Position numbers and translations under genes: made by a program. From an uncultured virus (IMG/VR IMGVR_UViG_3300028394_000068) (Duplodnaviria > Heunggongvirae > Uroviricota > Caudoviricetes), in the IMG/VR virus record IMGVR_UViG_3300028394_000068: a stretch of DNA of 64,000 nucleotides. The stretch is one strand, 5' to 3'. How positions within the stretch are numbered: position 1 is the first letter of the stretch; the number at the start of each line of letters is the position of its first letter. Positions 20,526 through 32,300 of the stretch are shown piece after piece. The notes beneath the pieces were generated by a model. The model searched no databases. It was given only the letters and a program-made list of their open reading frames with translations, and was not told the DNA's origin.

Positions 20526-22436
20526 TCAATCTTTTAGAAGTTTTCCTAGTTGAACCTCAATTTCTCCTAAAGAATTTTTCCCTTTAGATAAATCAATGTA
20601 CGAATCCTCTTCGGTCATTGTTCCTCTTTCCACTAAAATTTTAAGATTATCTCTTTGAACTGATTCAGGAACTACCTCTTCTTCAGGTGCTGGTGCTCCC
20701 GGTGCCGGTGCTCCTTCAGGTTCCGCTCCAGGTTCTGCCCCAAGGTCACCACCCGGTTCAGGTGCTCCACCCGGTTCAGACCCGCCTCCGAAGTCTCCTC
20801 CACCACCTAAGCTAGAGAAACTTCCTCCACCACCACTGTCAGGTGGTGCCGGTGCTCCCGCTCCTGCGGTTGTTCCTGACGCAGGGTTTCCGTATAACTT
20901 ATCAATGTTATCAAAGATACCTGTGTGAGTGATAATTGTTGCGGTATTAGTTAATTCAGCACCAACGGCTTTTTCAATACGTTGTTGTTGTAAATCTAAT
21001 TTAATTTCTTCATCAGAAAATCCTAATACGTGTTTCTTAGCCCACGATACAGATACAGGGGCAATACCCTCGATTGCTGTAACCGCGTCTTTGTATAATA
21101 ATATTTTTTCTTTCCAAAGGTCAACTTTTAATAAATCTGCTTGAGACGATGGATTTGTAAGTCCTAATGTAAAGTTTGATAATTCATCTTCAAATCCTAA
21201 TAAGAATAAATGTATTATCGCAACTTTATTTAATTCGGCAATCATACATTTCTGTATTCTGTTGATTGTTCTTGCAAAACGAATATCCATTAAAGATAAA
21301 TTTTTACCATCACCCGTTGTTTCCTCAAAACCTAAGAAGGCTTTAGGGACACGAAGAGCGGTTAATAATTTCTTTTGGATATATTCTATATCGGCAATCT
21401 CAGCTAAGTTCTGAGCTCCCGGTAATGTCTCTATTGGAGATGCTGCCGCAGGGTCACGAACAGGAATAAAATAATCTTGGTCAACCGCCATTTGGTTGAA
21501 TCTCATATCTACGTTTCCTGTTTTCCCATCAACAACTTGGTCTCTTTTGAATTTGTTTGCAACACGTTGTACATATGGTTCAACATCTTTGTCATCCATA
21601 TTACCAACGAACACTTTAAATACACGTCTTTCAGGTGCTCTTGATGTTCTATAGATTAACATCGCATCTTCAGATAACAATAATTGTTTCCAAATACGTC
21701 TTGCTTTTTCTAACATTGAAGTTCCGTAAGGAAGTTTTCTATCATCACCCAATAAACGGAAATGAGCTACCTCCCAAGAGTTGAACTCCATATCTTTAGC
21801 TTTCCATTTAAATCTTAAACCTTTGTTTTCAATAGGTTCTTCAATGTTTGCAGATTTTGCGGCCATACCTCTTTCCAAACGTTCTATTTCAATGTTTGGT
21901 AATTGCATACAACCCACAATACCTTTTTCAGCATCTAATTTTAAGTAAACAAAGTTATCACCATACTTACAAGTGTTTCTTGTCCACATTGGTAAGTTAG
22001 TGTTAACGTCTAAAACATTATTAAATAAATCGGCTAAAATTCCTTTCACCCTTTTTGATTCAGAATAAATCTGTAACATAAAACCATTTTGGTCAACTGT
22101 TGTAGATTCTTCACCGTATATGTCTAATGCCGCTGAGATTTCAGGAGTATACTCCATAGACTCGTAATCGTAAAACGATGCTAGTCTTGTTGGTTCATAA
22201 TAAACGGCTTGAGTATATAAATTACTTTCAATTTTAGTCCATTGATTGGCTAAGTAATAAGTTTGTTGTGCTTGTAATTTTTCTCTTTCGTATTCTGCTT
22301 GGGAAGTTGTTTTTAATAACTCCTTCTTATCTAATTTATAGACAGGGTAATCTTGGTTTAACTGAGCGTTAGGACCAAAGGCACTGGATAACCGTTGCCA
22401 TACCGTCATATTATTATTATTTTGATTATTTTCCAT
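20526..22436 (-). CDS. Portal protein (T4 gp20-like)
   Basis: EDAMLIYRTSRAPERRVF, DYFIPVR, IETLPGAQNL, ALRVPKAFL. Confidence 0.95.
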   Translation of the reverse strand: MENNQNNNNMTVWQRLSSAFGPNAQLNQDYPVYKLDKKELLKTTSQAEYEREKLQAQQTYYLANQWTKIESNLYTQAVYYEPTRLASFYDYESMEYTPEISAALDIYGEESTTVDQNGFMLQIYSESKRVKGILADLFNNVLDVNTNLPMWTRNTCKYGDNFVYLKLDAEKGIVGCMQLPNIEIERLERGMAAKSANIEEPIENKGLRFKWKAKDMEFNSWEVAHFRLLGDDRKLPYGTSMLEKARRIWKQLLLSEDAMLIYRTSRAPERRVFKVFVGNMDDKDVEPYVQRVANKFKRDQVVDGKTGNVDMRFNQMAVDQDYFIPVRDPAAASPIETLPGAQNLAEIADIEYIQKKLLTALRVPKAFLGFEETTGDGKNLSLMDIRFARTINRIQKCMIAELNKVAIIHLFLLGFEDELSNFTLGLTNPSSQADLLKVDLWKEKILLYKDAVTAIEGIAPVSVSWAKKHVLGFSDEEIKLDLQQQRIEKAVGAELTNTATIITHTGIFDNIDKLYGNPASGTTAGAGAPAPPDSGGGGSFSSLGGGGDFGGGSEPGGAPEPGGDLGAEPGAEPEGAPAPGAPAPEEEVVPESVQRDNLKILVERGTMTEEDSYIDLSKGKNSLGEIEVQLGKLLKD

Positions 22437-22482
22437 ATTAAAAATCTAAATCTTATTATCCTTTAATAAATACTTTGTATTA

Positions 22483-24600
22483 CTATATTTGTGCTCCCGA
22501 GTATATTGTCCAATTATTTGTTAAATTTGTTAATACTCCTCTACCTGTAACACCTGCTGACGTATAATTAATTGTTCCAAAATTAAATACTACGTTTGGT
22601 TGTAAATATGTTAACGTTGACCAAGTATTGAAAATATCATCTAATTGAGATGCCGGATAATTAGCCGTTGATTTATTTAACATAAAATTAGAACCGTTAG
22701 TAACATTTTTAACATCCCAATTTTTTATTGGTTGTTGAAAAGCCAAAGCTCTTCTAAACATACCTGCCGCGTCTTGTAAAGAACTTACGTTCCAATTGTT
22801 GATACCCGGATTACCACCATTATTAAATGAGGTTGCTTGGTAAAACATATTTGACGCACTATAGACACTACTCATATTCCAACTACTAATATTATCATTA
22901 AAATTTGTTGTATTGTAAAATGTTCTGTCAGTAGTGTCTATTGTTGATGTATTCCAACTATTAATATTGTTAATAGTCGTTAATGATATACAACTACTAA
23001 ACATATTTGTCAATGTTGCGACATTATTTAAATTTATTGTGTCTGAAACACTAGATAAATCTAAATTTATACATCCAAAAAATGCACCACCTTCATTTCC
23101 AATATCTAATACACCCCATCTTGTAACACTAATAAATTTTGGACGTGAGGTTATACTATTGTTAAGAGTACTAACAAATGACCACCCACTTATTACACCA
23201 CTAATTGTTACGGTGTAATCACCAGGGTCATCGTAGGTATGTGTTGTTTGAAATTGTGCCCAATATGTTATAGTATTTGTGAAACCATCACCCCAATCAA
23301 CAAAAAACGCATAGTTTCCACTTGGTACTAATGGTAGTGTAATTGATTCATCATATTCAGTTGTTCTCCAAACACTAATAAATGAACCCGGTGTTGTTGG
23401 TGTAACAGTTGGGGTTGGTGTGTTTGTTGGGGTTGATGTTGGTGTTGGACAAATTTTGTTTGCCGAAGTACAAGTAGTACAATCTGAATAATACATTGAG
23501 AAAGTTAAAGTCCCGGGACATCTACCACTAGGTTTTAGTAATTGGTAACAATATCCATTTGTTGCTAAAACAACATCTAAAAATCCATATATTGATGGCA
23601 CACTCATAATTTCTTGTGGTAAACCTAAACAACAAGGTCCAACATCCCAACATTCATAATTGGTTGTTGAGGTTGGTGTTACTGTCATTGTTGGTGTAGG
23701 TGTTGGAGTTACATTAGTCCCACAATCTGAATCAACACTACATCCTATTGTACTAACAGTTATTGTACTATTAATTGATGGGGAGTAATAAGGAGTATCT
23801 TCAAAGAAATAATATAAACTTAATGTTTGTACCATATTACTTTTAACACAGAAATGGTATGTTCCTGGTGAAGTAAAACTATAACCGATTTCACCTCCAT
23901 CACATTTACTTTGTTTTTCTGATGATTGAAAAATTATCGTATTATCCGGAAAAAGAACATTTTTAACCGCATTATCAATATCGGTTTGGCTAATGACAAC
24001 TTCCACACATAAACACGATGGGTTAGTTGAACTCGGAGTTACCGTATGTGTTGGAGTAACTGTTGGAGTTAATGTAACTGTTGCCGTCGGAGTTTTAGTT
24101 ATTGTTGGTGTTGGTGTAGGTGTTGTTGTTCTAGTAGGGATTGGTGTTCTAGTTGTTGTAACCGTCGGTGTTGGTGTCTGAGTTGGGGTTCTTGTTGGTA
24201 TTGGTGTTCTTGTAATACTTGGAGTTGGTGTTTGAGTTTTTGTTGGTGTTGCGGTATGTGTTGCCGTAATACTCGGAGTTACAGTCGGTGTCGTTGTTGA
24301 CGTTGATGTAATACTTGGAGTTACGGTTGGTGTTGTTGTTACTGTTGGGGTATTTGTAGGTGTAAGACTTGGTGTTTGGGTTGGGGTTTTTGTTGGAGTT
24401 GGGGTAATAAATCTTAATTCACAAGTCGCGTCTTTACTTGGTATGTAAATACTATATGTCCCATAAAAATCGTCGGTATAATATTCGTAAGGTAACAAAA
24501 CTAATCCCAAAAAGATACTCCCACCCGTTGTTGGGTAGAAAGTAATTTCAGCCATTTGACCGTCGTAGTTTTCAGTTGTTATTAAAATATATGTTGACAT
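22483..24600 (-). CDS. Virion surface protein: N-terminal module, Thr-Pro repeats, Cys-rich modules, PKD-like domain and BspA/DUF285 repeats
   Basis: VDWGDG...HTY (PKD); WNTS/WNMSSV/WNVSS/WDVKNV repeats. Confidence 0.7.
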   Translation of the reverse strand: MSTYILITTENYDGQMAEITFYPTTGGSIFLGLVLLPYEYYTDDFYGTYSIYIPSKDATCELRFITPTPTKTPTQTPSLTPTNTPTVTTTPTVTPSITSTSTTTPTVTPSITATHTATPTKTQTPTPSITRTPIPTRTPTQTPTPTVTTTRTPIPTRTTTPTPTPTITKTPTATVTLTPTVTPTHTVTPSSTNPSCLCVEVVISQTDIDNAVKNVLFPDNTIIFQSSEKQSKCDGGEIGYSFTSPGTYHFCVKSNMVQTLSLYYFFEDTPYYSPSINSTITVSTIGCSVDSDCGTNVTPTPTPTMTVTPTSTTNYECWDVGPCCLGLPQEIMSVPSIYGFLDVVLATNGYCYQLLKPSGRCPGTLTFSMYYSDCTTCTSANKICPTPTSTPTNTPTPTVTPTTPGSFISVWRTTEYDESITLPLVPSGNYAFFVDWGDGFTNTITYWAQFQTTHTYDDPGDYTVTISGVISGWSFVSTLNNSITSRPKFISVTRWGVLDIGNEGGAFFGCINLDLSSVSDTINLNNVATLTNMFSSCISLTTINNINSWNTSTIDTTDRTFYNTTNFNDNISSWNMSSVYSASNMFYQATSFNNGGNPGINNWNVSSLQDAAGMFRRALAFQQPIKNWDVKNVTNGSNFMLNKSTANYPASQLDDIFNTWSTLTYLQPNVVFNFGTINYTSAGVTGRGVLTNLTNNWTIYSGAQI

Positions 24601-24639
24601 ATGTAATTTAATTTAGTTCAATCTTTAATAATATAAAGG

Positions 24640-27600
24640 TTATTTGTTATGAGTTAATACATTATTCGCAAAATATAAGTTACTATTACTGACATCAATA
24701 TCGTAAACTGTTGTTGGTTCTGTAATTGTAACTAATAATGTAATTTCAAATTCGGTGTTATCCATATCTAATAATACATCACCAACGTTTAATTCAGATG
24801 TTGTTCTAATATACCACACACCATTTTGTTTAACAACGTGGTTATGTGAATCAGTCGCAATTAATCTACCATTATTAATGTCTATGACAGAATTAACAAT
24901 ATATCTATTAAAGTTAATAACTGTTGATGTTGAATCAACATAATTCAATGTATCACTACTCCAAGAGTACCATTCGTCCGATGGTAAAGGCATTCCTGAA
25001 ACATCAAGAGATTTAAGTACATCCTCAACTTGAATGTCTTGTATTAATTTAGTTGACCCATCTGATAATGTTATTATTGTATCGGCAACAAGACAACTAC
25101 CACAACTTACACAAGCTCCAACCCAACTAGTACCATTCCATTGTCTTTTATTTGGGGGGGAAGTAGTGTTAAAATCTGCGTACCATCCAGAGGCCATTGA
25201 ACCACCTAAACAACCTGTACCATCTGAACTATAAATTACTGTTGACAAACATATATCAGCATTGTCAGTACACACGTTTGTGAATGCACCTAATATACAA
25301 CCCACCGTGAAAGTTGTTTTATAACTCCACCCAACAATAGAACCTAAACAACAATTGTACGCAGAGACATCAATAGTTCCCGGGTCACCAGAAGTTCTTG
25401 TAACCGTGTTTTCTCGTGCACAAACATCTTGTGGGGTTCCTCCCTCAACAAATACTGTCTGAGTACCACCTGTACAATTAGTGTATTGGAAAGTAGTTCC
25501 ACCTATAGATGGGTCCGGTGGTGGTGGTGTATCACTAGTTAATGTATAACATACACAAACTACTGCGGGTGTTGTTGGTGTTACTGTAGGAGTATTACTC
25601 GGTGTGTTAGTTAATGTTATTGTCGGTGTAACAGTTTTTGTTGGTGTGTTACTTGGCGTGTTAGTTAATGTTATAGTAGGTGTTGCAGTTTTTGTTGGTG
25701 TTATTGTTGGAGTATTACTCGGTGTATTAGTTAATGTTATAGTAGGCGTAACAGTTGGTGTTGCCGTTTTTGTAGGAGTATTACTTGGAGAATTAGTTAA
25801 TGTTATAGTAGGTGTAACAGTTGGTGTTGCCGTTTTTGTCGGAGTTATTGTTGGAGTTATTGTAGGTGTTATTGTAGGTGTAACAGTTGGAGTCACAGTT
25901 CTTGTTGGTGTAATACTCGGAGTAACACTTGGAGTATTTGTCGGAGTATTACTTGGGGTGTTTGTTAATGTTATGGTAGGTGTAACTGTTGGCGTTATTG
26001 TAGGTGTGACAGTTGGAGTCACAGTTCTTGTTGGTGTAATACTCGGAGTATTACTTGGTGTATTTGTTGGCGTAGTAGTTAACGTTATTGTAGGCGTAAT
26101 CGTTGGGGTTGGAGTTATAGTTGGTGTAACCGTACTTGTTGGTGTTTGTGAAAGTAATGGTGGTGGACAAGGGTCTTCAAATGTACATTCAGCACAACTA
26201 ATAGATGTTCCAAAACTTATTATATTATATTGACTGGTAAATGATGAACCACTTACAGCGGTCACACAACCACTGAATCCATCTGTTGTGATATAATATG
26301 ATTGACCTATAGTAATTGTAGTCACAAAACCACCAACTTTATAAATATTAAGTGAATTACAACAATCTTGGAAATAATTGATATCCGGCGGTAATGATGA
26401 CGGTGTATTTGTTGGTGTGTTACTTGGCGTATTTGTTGGAGTAGTGGTTAATGTAATAGTCGGTGTAATAGTTGGTGTTGGAGTTAAAGTTGATGTCGCT
26501 GTTATACTAGGTGTAACTGTTGGGGTATTTGTTGGTGTGGGGGTTGGACCAGCAATTTCTGTTACACAAACATTATCAATATAGATTGTGTTAATAATCC
26601 CCGGACAACCATCTACCGCCCCAAATCCAAAAAATGTACCTGTTCCACAAACAAGATTAATATCGTGATATGTTACTCCGGTATCACTAATTGGTGAAGA
26701 AATAGTGTTACCTGCACTAACTTGGACATATCCGTATTCAGTGCAAGAAGAGTTGTTATATAGTTTAAATTTAATATTATAAGTGGCCCCTTCAGTTAAT
26801 ATATCTTGATATAAAAAGTTTCCTTCGGATTCTCCAATAAAATTAGCACTACCCCCATAATTAGAACTCCACACCCAATTAGACCCAAAAAGTTGTGACC
26901 ATCCATTAAGATTATTATTAAAATCACCGTTGATTACTAAATTACCATCACAAGTTATTGGTGTTACGGTAGGAGTTATTGTTGGTGTTACTGTTGTGGT
27001 TGGTGTAGGTGTAGGTGTTGGACAAATTCCTAATGTTGATGAAATTATTATAAATTGAGGATATGATTCCTCAACCCAAGGGTATGTTACATCACTTAAC
27101 GGATAATTTCCGGGATTACTATTAGAACAAAAGAAATGGTAAACATCGTCACCTAAAATCTCAGTATAGTTCCATTTACTTGATGAAGTATTCCACCAAA
27201 CAAACCCAACAGGTGTTAAACAATCATTTAATAATATTTCATAATAAAATTTACCATTATAAATTCCCGTTTTACCTATAGTACAACTCCATTCAAAACC
27301 TATAGCTTCCGTTATAACCGTAAAACACATTTCACTTGGTAAATTTGTTGGTGTTGGGGTTACGGTTTGTGTAGGAGTATTTGTAGGAGTTACGGTTTGT
27401 GTAGGAGTATTTGTCGGAGTAACTGTTTGGGTCGGAGTAATACTTGGTGTCGGTGTTGGTGTTATAAATAAAATACCATTAAAATCACAGAAAGGAGCCG
27501 GAACAGGACCTTTTATTTCTATAGGTCTAAAGTATTCCAATGGAGATTTTTTTCGTTCAAAACCAGGTTTTATAATTTTTACATTATAAATTCCCTGACC

Positions 27601-27663
27601 ATCAACAACTAGTCTTGACCCAGCAAAAATATTACCCGATTTTTTTCTATCTACAAATCCCAT
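24640..27663 (-). CDS. Virion surface protein with long Thr-Pro repeats, CBM-like module and C-terminal Hint domain
   Basis: NLVINGDFN...GW module; [10 protein letters not shown]...VYDIDV...[11 protein letters not shown] Hint at 24640-25095. Confidence 0.75.
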   Translation of the reverse strand: MGFVDRKKSGNIFAGSRLVVDGQGIYNVKIIKPGFERKKSPLEYFRPIEIKGPVPAPFCDFNGILFITPTPTPSITPTQTVTPTNTPTQTVTPTNTPTQTVTPTPTNLPSEMCFTVITEAIGFEWSCTIGKTGIYNGKFYYEILLNDCLTPVGFVWWNTSSSKWNYTEILGDDVYHFFCSNSNPGNYPLSDVTYPWVEESYPQFIIISSTLGICPTPTPTPTTTVTPTITPTVTPITCDGNLVINGDFNNNLNGWSQLFGSNWVWSSNYGGSANFIGESEGNFLYQDILTEGATYNIKFKLYNNSSCTEYGYVQVSAGNTISSPISDTGVTYHDINLVCGTGTFFGFGAVDGCPGIINTIYIDNVCVTEIAGPTPTPTNTPTVTPSITATSTLTPTPTITPTITLTTTPTNTPSNTPTNTPSSLPPDINYFQDCCNSLNIYKVGGFVTTITIGQSYYITTDGFSGCVTAVSGSSFTSQYNIISFGTSISCAECTFEDPCPPPLLSQTPTSTVTPTITPTPTITPTITLTTTPTNTPSNTPSITPTRTVTPTVTPTITPTVTPTITLTNTPSNTPTNTPSVTPSITPTRTVTPTVTPTITPTITPTITPTKTATPTVTPTITLTNSPSNTPTKTATPTVTPTITLTNTPSNTPTITPTKTATPTITLTNTPSNTPTKTVTPTITLTNTPSNTPTVTPTTPAVVCVCYTLTSDTPPPPDPSIGGTTFQYTNCTGGTQTVFVEGGTPQDVCARENTVTRTSGDPGTIDVSAYNCCLGSIVGWSYKTTFTVGCILGAFTNVCTDNADICLSTVIYSSDGTGCLGGSMASGWYADFNTTSPPNKRQWNGTSWVGACVSCGSCLVADTIITLSDGSTKLIQDIQVEDVLKSLDVSGMPLPSDEWYSWSSDTLNYVDSTSTVINFNRYIVNSVIDINNGRLIATDSHNHVVKQNGVWYIRTTSELNVGDVLLDMDNTEFEITLLVTITEPTTVYDIDVSNSNLYFANNVLTHNK

Positions 27664-27683
27664 TCAGTTTTATTTTATAAATA

Positions 27684-29456
27684 TTACATACCTCCGAATA
27701 ACCAACCATATTTCATATAATCTTCTCTTGAAACACTTTGTTGGCCCATTTGACTTGGATTTGTACCATAATAATTTGGGATAACCGGATTAAATTCTAA
27801 ATTTCTTGAAACAACGTCATTATTACTAACAGCCCAAGATTCAATCATCGCTTTGGTATGTTCAGTTACTTTTGTCAATTTACTAAACGAAGATTCAGCA
27901 ACATAAGTCGCCATAGCAATTGACATAATTAAATCGTCGTGATGACCTTTTTGGTGGTCAGGTCTACCATTCATATAAATGAATGTATTCATTTCATTAT
28001 ATAAACGAGAACTATATATTCGGAATCCGTGTCTCATAACCTCTTCATACGAAGCTATTATCTGAACCCTTTTATTATTAAAGTTAATTCCCGGAATTTT
28101 TTCTGCTGATTTTGGGTCGTATTTCCATTTGTTTGCCGTATCAACACCATCAACGTATAAATCTTTATAATTCATTTCTTGTAGTTTTCTTGCAGTTGAA
28201 ACACCCATTCCTCCGGTAATATCAATTACAATAAAACAAGAATATATTGTTGCCCATTTATGACATATCTCAGCCATAGTATCGGGTGGTAATTTACCAA
28301 CAAATTCGGCAACTTGTTCCATCGCATCAAAATCAACAATTTGGAATGAACTAAAATCTTCTGAATCCCCACGGGAAACGTCCACACCCATAATGTACTT
28401 ATGACCAACAACAGGTTCTTTCCAAATCCAAAGAGCGTTACCCATTAATTTATTAACAGGTTCAAGAATCATATTTTCTCGGATTTTACTCATCATAAGA
28501 GAATCAAATACGTTATCTCCGGAACCTAAGAAATTACATTCTAACTCCTGAGATACTTTACGTTTATCGTATTTTAATTTCTTAACCATCGCCTCAAACC
28601 AAGAAGAACAAGGTTTGTAACCGGCATCCATTATAATTCTTAACTCTTTGTAGTTTCTATTTGCGTAAGGTATTTTTTCCCAATCAATAAAATCGTCAGG
28701 ATTATAATCTTCCTTATTTAACAAATAATGAATAATGTCTTCAGTTTTAACTAAAAATAAATCTTTGGTGTAACGTGGGTCTCTATACCAAAACATCTCC
28801 GTAATTTTGAAGTCATTCATATTACGTAACGCTTGGTCGTATATTTCGTAGTAAATTTGGTCGTAACCATTGGGTGTTGAAACCACGATTACTTTACCCC
28901 CCGTAGATAGGGATGCCATACAAGCAGACCAGAAATCACTATCGGCTTCAATAAACGCCGCCTCATCAAATACAAGTATCGTAGGTGTAAATCCACGCAA
29001 GGCATCCTTAGATGTTGCAACGGCTTTAACCTCACATCCATTTGTTAACTTATAATGTTTTTGGGAATTTTTTGCTTTATCAAAATCTACACCTGTCCAA
29101 GATGGCCATTGACCAACGAAGGCTTTGATTTTATTTGCCATCTCCAATGATGTATCCAACTTGTTGGCAATAATCAATATTTTTTCGGGAGTTTCTTTTC
29201 TTGCAAATACAAGTTTTCGTGACATCCAAGCCGCGGTAACTGTTGATACCCCGGCCTGTCTGTACTTTAATGCTATATTCTCATTGTAATTTTCGTAATC
29301 CTCTAATAAAGATAATTGGTCCGGAAAAAGTTCCAATGGAACATATTTTTTAACCGTGTTATCATATGTTTCTAAATACGTTTTAAGTGCGTATTCAACA
29401 TCTCTACTACATTTTACGTATTCTATTAATACTTGTTCTCTTGTTAAATTTGACAT
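27684..29456 (-). CDS. Terminase large subunit (T4 gp17-like)
   Basis: KYRQAGVST (Walker A), LVFDEAAF, STPNG, QELEC.FLGS, MGVDVSRG, HDDL. Confidence 0.95.
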   Translation of the reverse strand: MSNLTREQVLIEYVKCSRDVEYALKTYLETYDNTVKKYVPLELFPDQLSLLEDYENYNENIALKYRQAGVSTVTAAWMSRKLVFARKETPEKILIIANKLDTSLEMANKIKAFVGQWPSWTGVDFDKAKNSQKHYKLTNGCEVKAVATSKDALRGFTPTILVFDEAAFIEADSDFWSACMASLSTGGKVIVVSTPNGYDQIYYEIYDQALRNMNDFKITEMFWYRDPRYTKDLFLVKTEDIIHYLLNKEDYNPDDFIDWEKIPYANRNYKELRIIMDAGYKPCSSWFEAMVKKLKYDKRKVSQELECNFLGSGDNVFDSLMMSKIRENMILEPVNKLMGNALWIWKEPVVGHKYIMGVDVSRGDSEDFSSFQIVDFDAMEQVAEFVGKLPPDTMAEICHKWATIYSCFIVIDITGGMGVSTARKLQEMNYKDLYVDGVDTANKWKYDPKSAEKIPGINFNNKRVQIIASYEEVMRHGFRIYSSRLYNEMNTFIYMNGRPDHQKGHHDDLIMSIAMATYVAESSFSKLTKVTEHTKAMIESWAVSNNDVVSRNLEFNPVIPNYYGTNPSQMGQQSVSREDYMKYGWLFGGM

Positions 29457-29477
29457 ACATAATGTTGTCGGTAATTT

Positions 29478-30863
29478 TTAGAATCCTAACGCAGATAAAT
29501 CAATATCATCCAAATCATCTAAGTCATCAAAATCATCATTACCATAATTTCCACCATCACTATCATCATCGTCATCAGACATTTTTGTTTCGTATTCGTG
29601 TTTTTTAAGGATTTCTACAATCTCATTAACCATTCTATCAATCACCTTTTTAGCTTCAGGTTTATCTTCCATAATAGCTTTCGCTAAAGTTATAAAATCT
29701 TTTGCCTCTAATTGAGACAATTTCATAAATAAATATTGTTGAAGGTGTCTTTGGTCTTCTTCATATAATTTGTCAGGCCAAGAGTCTCTAAATTTTTCCC
29801 AAAAAATTGGTCCTAATCTTGAATCCCATATTTCCGCAGGTAATGTATCTTCAGCACCTACAACCATACTTCTTTGAACAGGGTCGTTTGGAAGTCCTTG
29901 GTCACCATATAAAGAATAGATACCTTTAACTATTTCGTGAACTAATAAAGGAAACGTAAACGCTTTCGCTTTAATTGTTGGTGGGTCAGTTTCAGGGTCA
30001 GATTCTGATTGTCCCATTTGACCACCACCACCACCGGCCATTCCTTCCATATCAGGATACAACCAATATAAGTGTTCCATTAATGATTGTGTAACACCGT
30101 ATAAATTTAATAATTCAGGGCTTAATCTGTTTATTTCGTTACTTACCAAAACATACATATGACCCCCTTTAAATGCCGCTCCTTGAACTAATGAATTAAT
30201 CATTCTTCTTTTTGCTTTTTCTAAATTGAATTTTTCCATAGAATCCATAAAGTCTTCTATTTCTTCTTGATGTTCTTCACCTTCTTTAAATGCGTCTTCA
30301 ACTTCTTCTTCATCCGGTTGTTCAGGTTGTGTTTGCATCCCTTCAGCTGCTCCCATCATACCACTAACTAATTCAACATCAAATTGTAATTGACCTTCAG
30401 GAATACCTAATTCTTTTTTAACTAAATTAACAGCTAAGTTCTCAAGATATTCTTTATGTTGAACTTCAACTCTTTTAACTTGTTGTAAACCACCCATAAT
30501 AGAAGTCATTAATCCCTGCATCGGATTATCTCCTTGTATTGGTGTAGTATCACCTAAAAATCTTCTTACTTTCTCTACAGAGTCTTTAAATCGTTGAGAA
30601 GAAATTAATTCAACAAAATCTCTATCACCATCTTGAGGTAACATAGGGTTTTCAGCATATGGTGTTTGTTTTTGATTAATCTGTCTTTCAATTCCCGGTT
30701 CCATTCTTTCAGGTCCTTCATAACTAACAGGTGCCTCGTTTAAACGACGATTAATTTCGTTTAACATAGTTTGTTGGTTATCAGTTAATCCTTCATTAAC
30801 TAATTTTTTATCTAAATCACTTTTGACTTTCAATATCTTCTCCATTTTTAAATTTGCACTCAT
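29478..30863 (-). CDS. Hypothetical virion/prohead protein
   Basis: 461 aa in the head operon; LVNE/LNE motifs. Confidence 0.6.
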   Translation of the reverse strand: MSANLKMEKILKVKSDLDKKLVNEGLTDNQQTMLNEINRRLNEAPVSYEGPERMEPGIERQINQKQTPYAENPMLPQDGDRDFVELISSQRFKDSVEKVRRFLGDTTPIQGDNPMQGLMTSIMGGLQQVKRVEVQHKEYLENLAVNLVKKELGIPEGQLQFDVELVSGMMGAAEGMQTQPEQPDEEEVEDAFKEGEEHQEEIEDFMDSMEKFNLEKAKRRMINSLVQGAAFKGGHMYVLVSNEINRLSPELLNLYGVTQSLMEHLYWLYPDMEGMAGGGGGQMGQSESDPETDPPTIKAKAFTFPLLVHEIVKGIYSLYGDQGLPNDPVQRSMVVGAEDTLPAEIWDSRLGPIFWEKFRDSWPDKLYEEDQRHLQQYLFMKLSQLEAKDFITLAKAIMEDKPEAKKVIDRMVNEIVEILKKHEYETKMSDDDDDSDGGNYGNDDFDDLDDLDDIDLSALGF

Positions 30864-30865
30864 AA

Positions 30866-31900
30866 TTATTTTTTGTTAAATCCTAACGAATTAAATTTTA
30901 AGAAACTTGGTAACGAAGTTTCATCAACTTCTTTTTTCATCGCCTTTGGAGCTCCTTTTTTATCAGGGTCTGGTTGGAACGGGTGTTTTGGTTTAGTACC
31001 GGGACTAACCTTTGGTTTTGCAGGAGCAGTCTTAGTGTCTTCACCAACTTCAGATTTCATTGCTTTCGGAGCTCCTTTTTTATCAGGGTCCGGTTGGAAC
31101 GGATGTTTTGGTTTAGTACCGGGACTAACCTTTGGTTTTGCAGGAGCAGTCTTAGTGTCTCCCTCAATAATACTTAATAGGTCTTTTTTAGACATTCTTG
31201 GTGTAATGTGTTTTTCTACTAATCTCATAATTTGTTTTTCAATTTCACTTTCAGTAAAAATATCAGTGGTTGCTTTACCCATACCTGTTACAACAGGATT
31301 AAGTTTGTTTACATTATCACTATTAAGCTTACTAACAGTACTAACTACTTTTTTACCATAATCTCCAAAGTTAAATTCTTCTTTGGTTTCTTTCTTCTTT
31401 TCAGGAAGTTTGGCAAAGTTAGTCTTTTTTGTAAATTCATCAGCCATTTTACACCATTTTTTTTGTTCTTTTGTTTTTCCGTCACCACATTTAGCGAAGA
31501 AATATTTTTGTTGTTTTTTTGACTCAAATTTTTCGTCAATTTCTTTTTCTTCCATCATACCCATACCATCCTCAGTTGCGTCAGGGTCTTGAACCACCTT
31601 TAATGTATCGTCTTCTTCTACCTCATCTTCAGACATAACTGTCATTTTTTTTGTTGTAGGGTCAATAGTCGACGATATTCCTTTCTTAGTAAGAGCGTCT
31701 TGAGCGGCCTTAGCGTCAGGTGCGGCATTCAAATCGTAAGTTGTTGTTGTCGATGTTTGAGTAACCGCCTCTTTATTTTCTTTTTTAGATTCGGTTAATT
31801 TACCAAATAAGATATTTACTTGACTTTCAGTCAAATTATTTAAGGTTGATGCTTTTAGTCCGTGACCAATAAGTTTCAATTTTTTTTGATTAGTGTTCAT
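30866..31900 (-). CDS. Hypothetical virion protein with duplicated 35-aa Pro/Lys motif
   Basis: Start MNTNQKK; KFESKKQQKYF motif; internal duplication. Confidence 0.6.
   Translation of the reverse strand: MNTNQKKLKLIGHGLKASTLNNLTESQVNILFGKLTESKKENKEAVTQTSTTTTYDLNAAPDAKAAQDALTKKGISSTIDPTTKKMTVMSEDEVEEDDTLKVVQDPDATEDGMGMMEEKEIDEKFESKKQQKYFFAKCGDGKTKEQKKWCKMADEFTKKTNFAKLPEKKKETKEEFNFGDYGKKVVSTVSKLNSDNVNKLNPVVTGMGKATTDIFTESEIEKQIMRLVEKHITPRMSKKDLLSIIEGDTKTAPAKPKVSPGTKPKHPFQPDPDKKGAPKAMKSEVGEDTKTAPAKPKVSPGTKPKHPFQPDPDKKGAPKAMKKEVDETSLPSFLKFNSLGFNKK
30935..31160. repeat. ~106-bp near-perfect direct repeat, period 120 bp
   Basis: 30935-31040 vs 31055-31160; both encode DTKTAPAKPKVSPGTKPKHPFQPDPDKKGAPKAMK. 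Confidence 0.9.
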
Positions 31901-32300
31901 ATACAACTTTTTTTTCAAACTCTAAAACGATATCTCGTTCATATAATTTATCTTTAACAGATTGTTCTGTTTCCCCAAACTTGAAGACTAGTCTCTTTTG
32001 ATGTTCAAAATCAATATCTTCACTTTCATTTTCAAAAGACAATGCGATAATATCGTCCATCGCATCTATCATTGAAAAATAGTCAGAGTTTTGAATTACT
32101 GACAATGTGATTAAGTCATTCTTCAAAACTCCTACTTTTTTAACGTGTTCTAAGTCAGGAGGAAGAGGATAACCGTTAGCCGGTTTTGATTCCCAAGCCT
32201 CACCCCAAATATCTTTTGAACTATCCGAAAATATGAATTCATATATGTTATCTCCTTTATAGTTTGGACCTAATTCATTAACATATATTAAATAACTCAT
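31890..32300 (-). CDS. Hypothetical protein
   Basis: 136-aa ORF in operon. Confidence 0.6.
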   Translation of the reverse strand: MSYLIYVNELGPNYKGDNIYEFIFSDSSKDIWGEAWESKPANGYPLPPDLEHVKKVGVLKNDLITLSVIQNSDYFSMIDAMDDIIALSFENESEDIDFEHQKRLVFKFGETEQSVKDKLYERDIVLEFEKKVVYEH

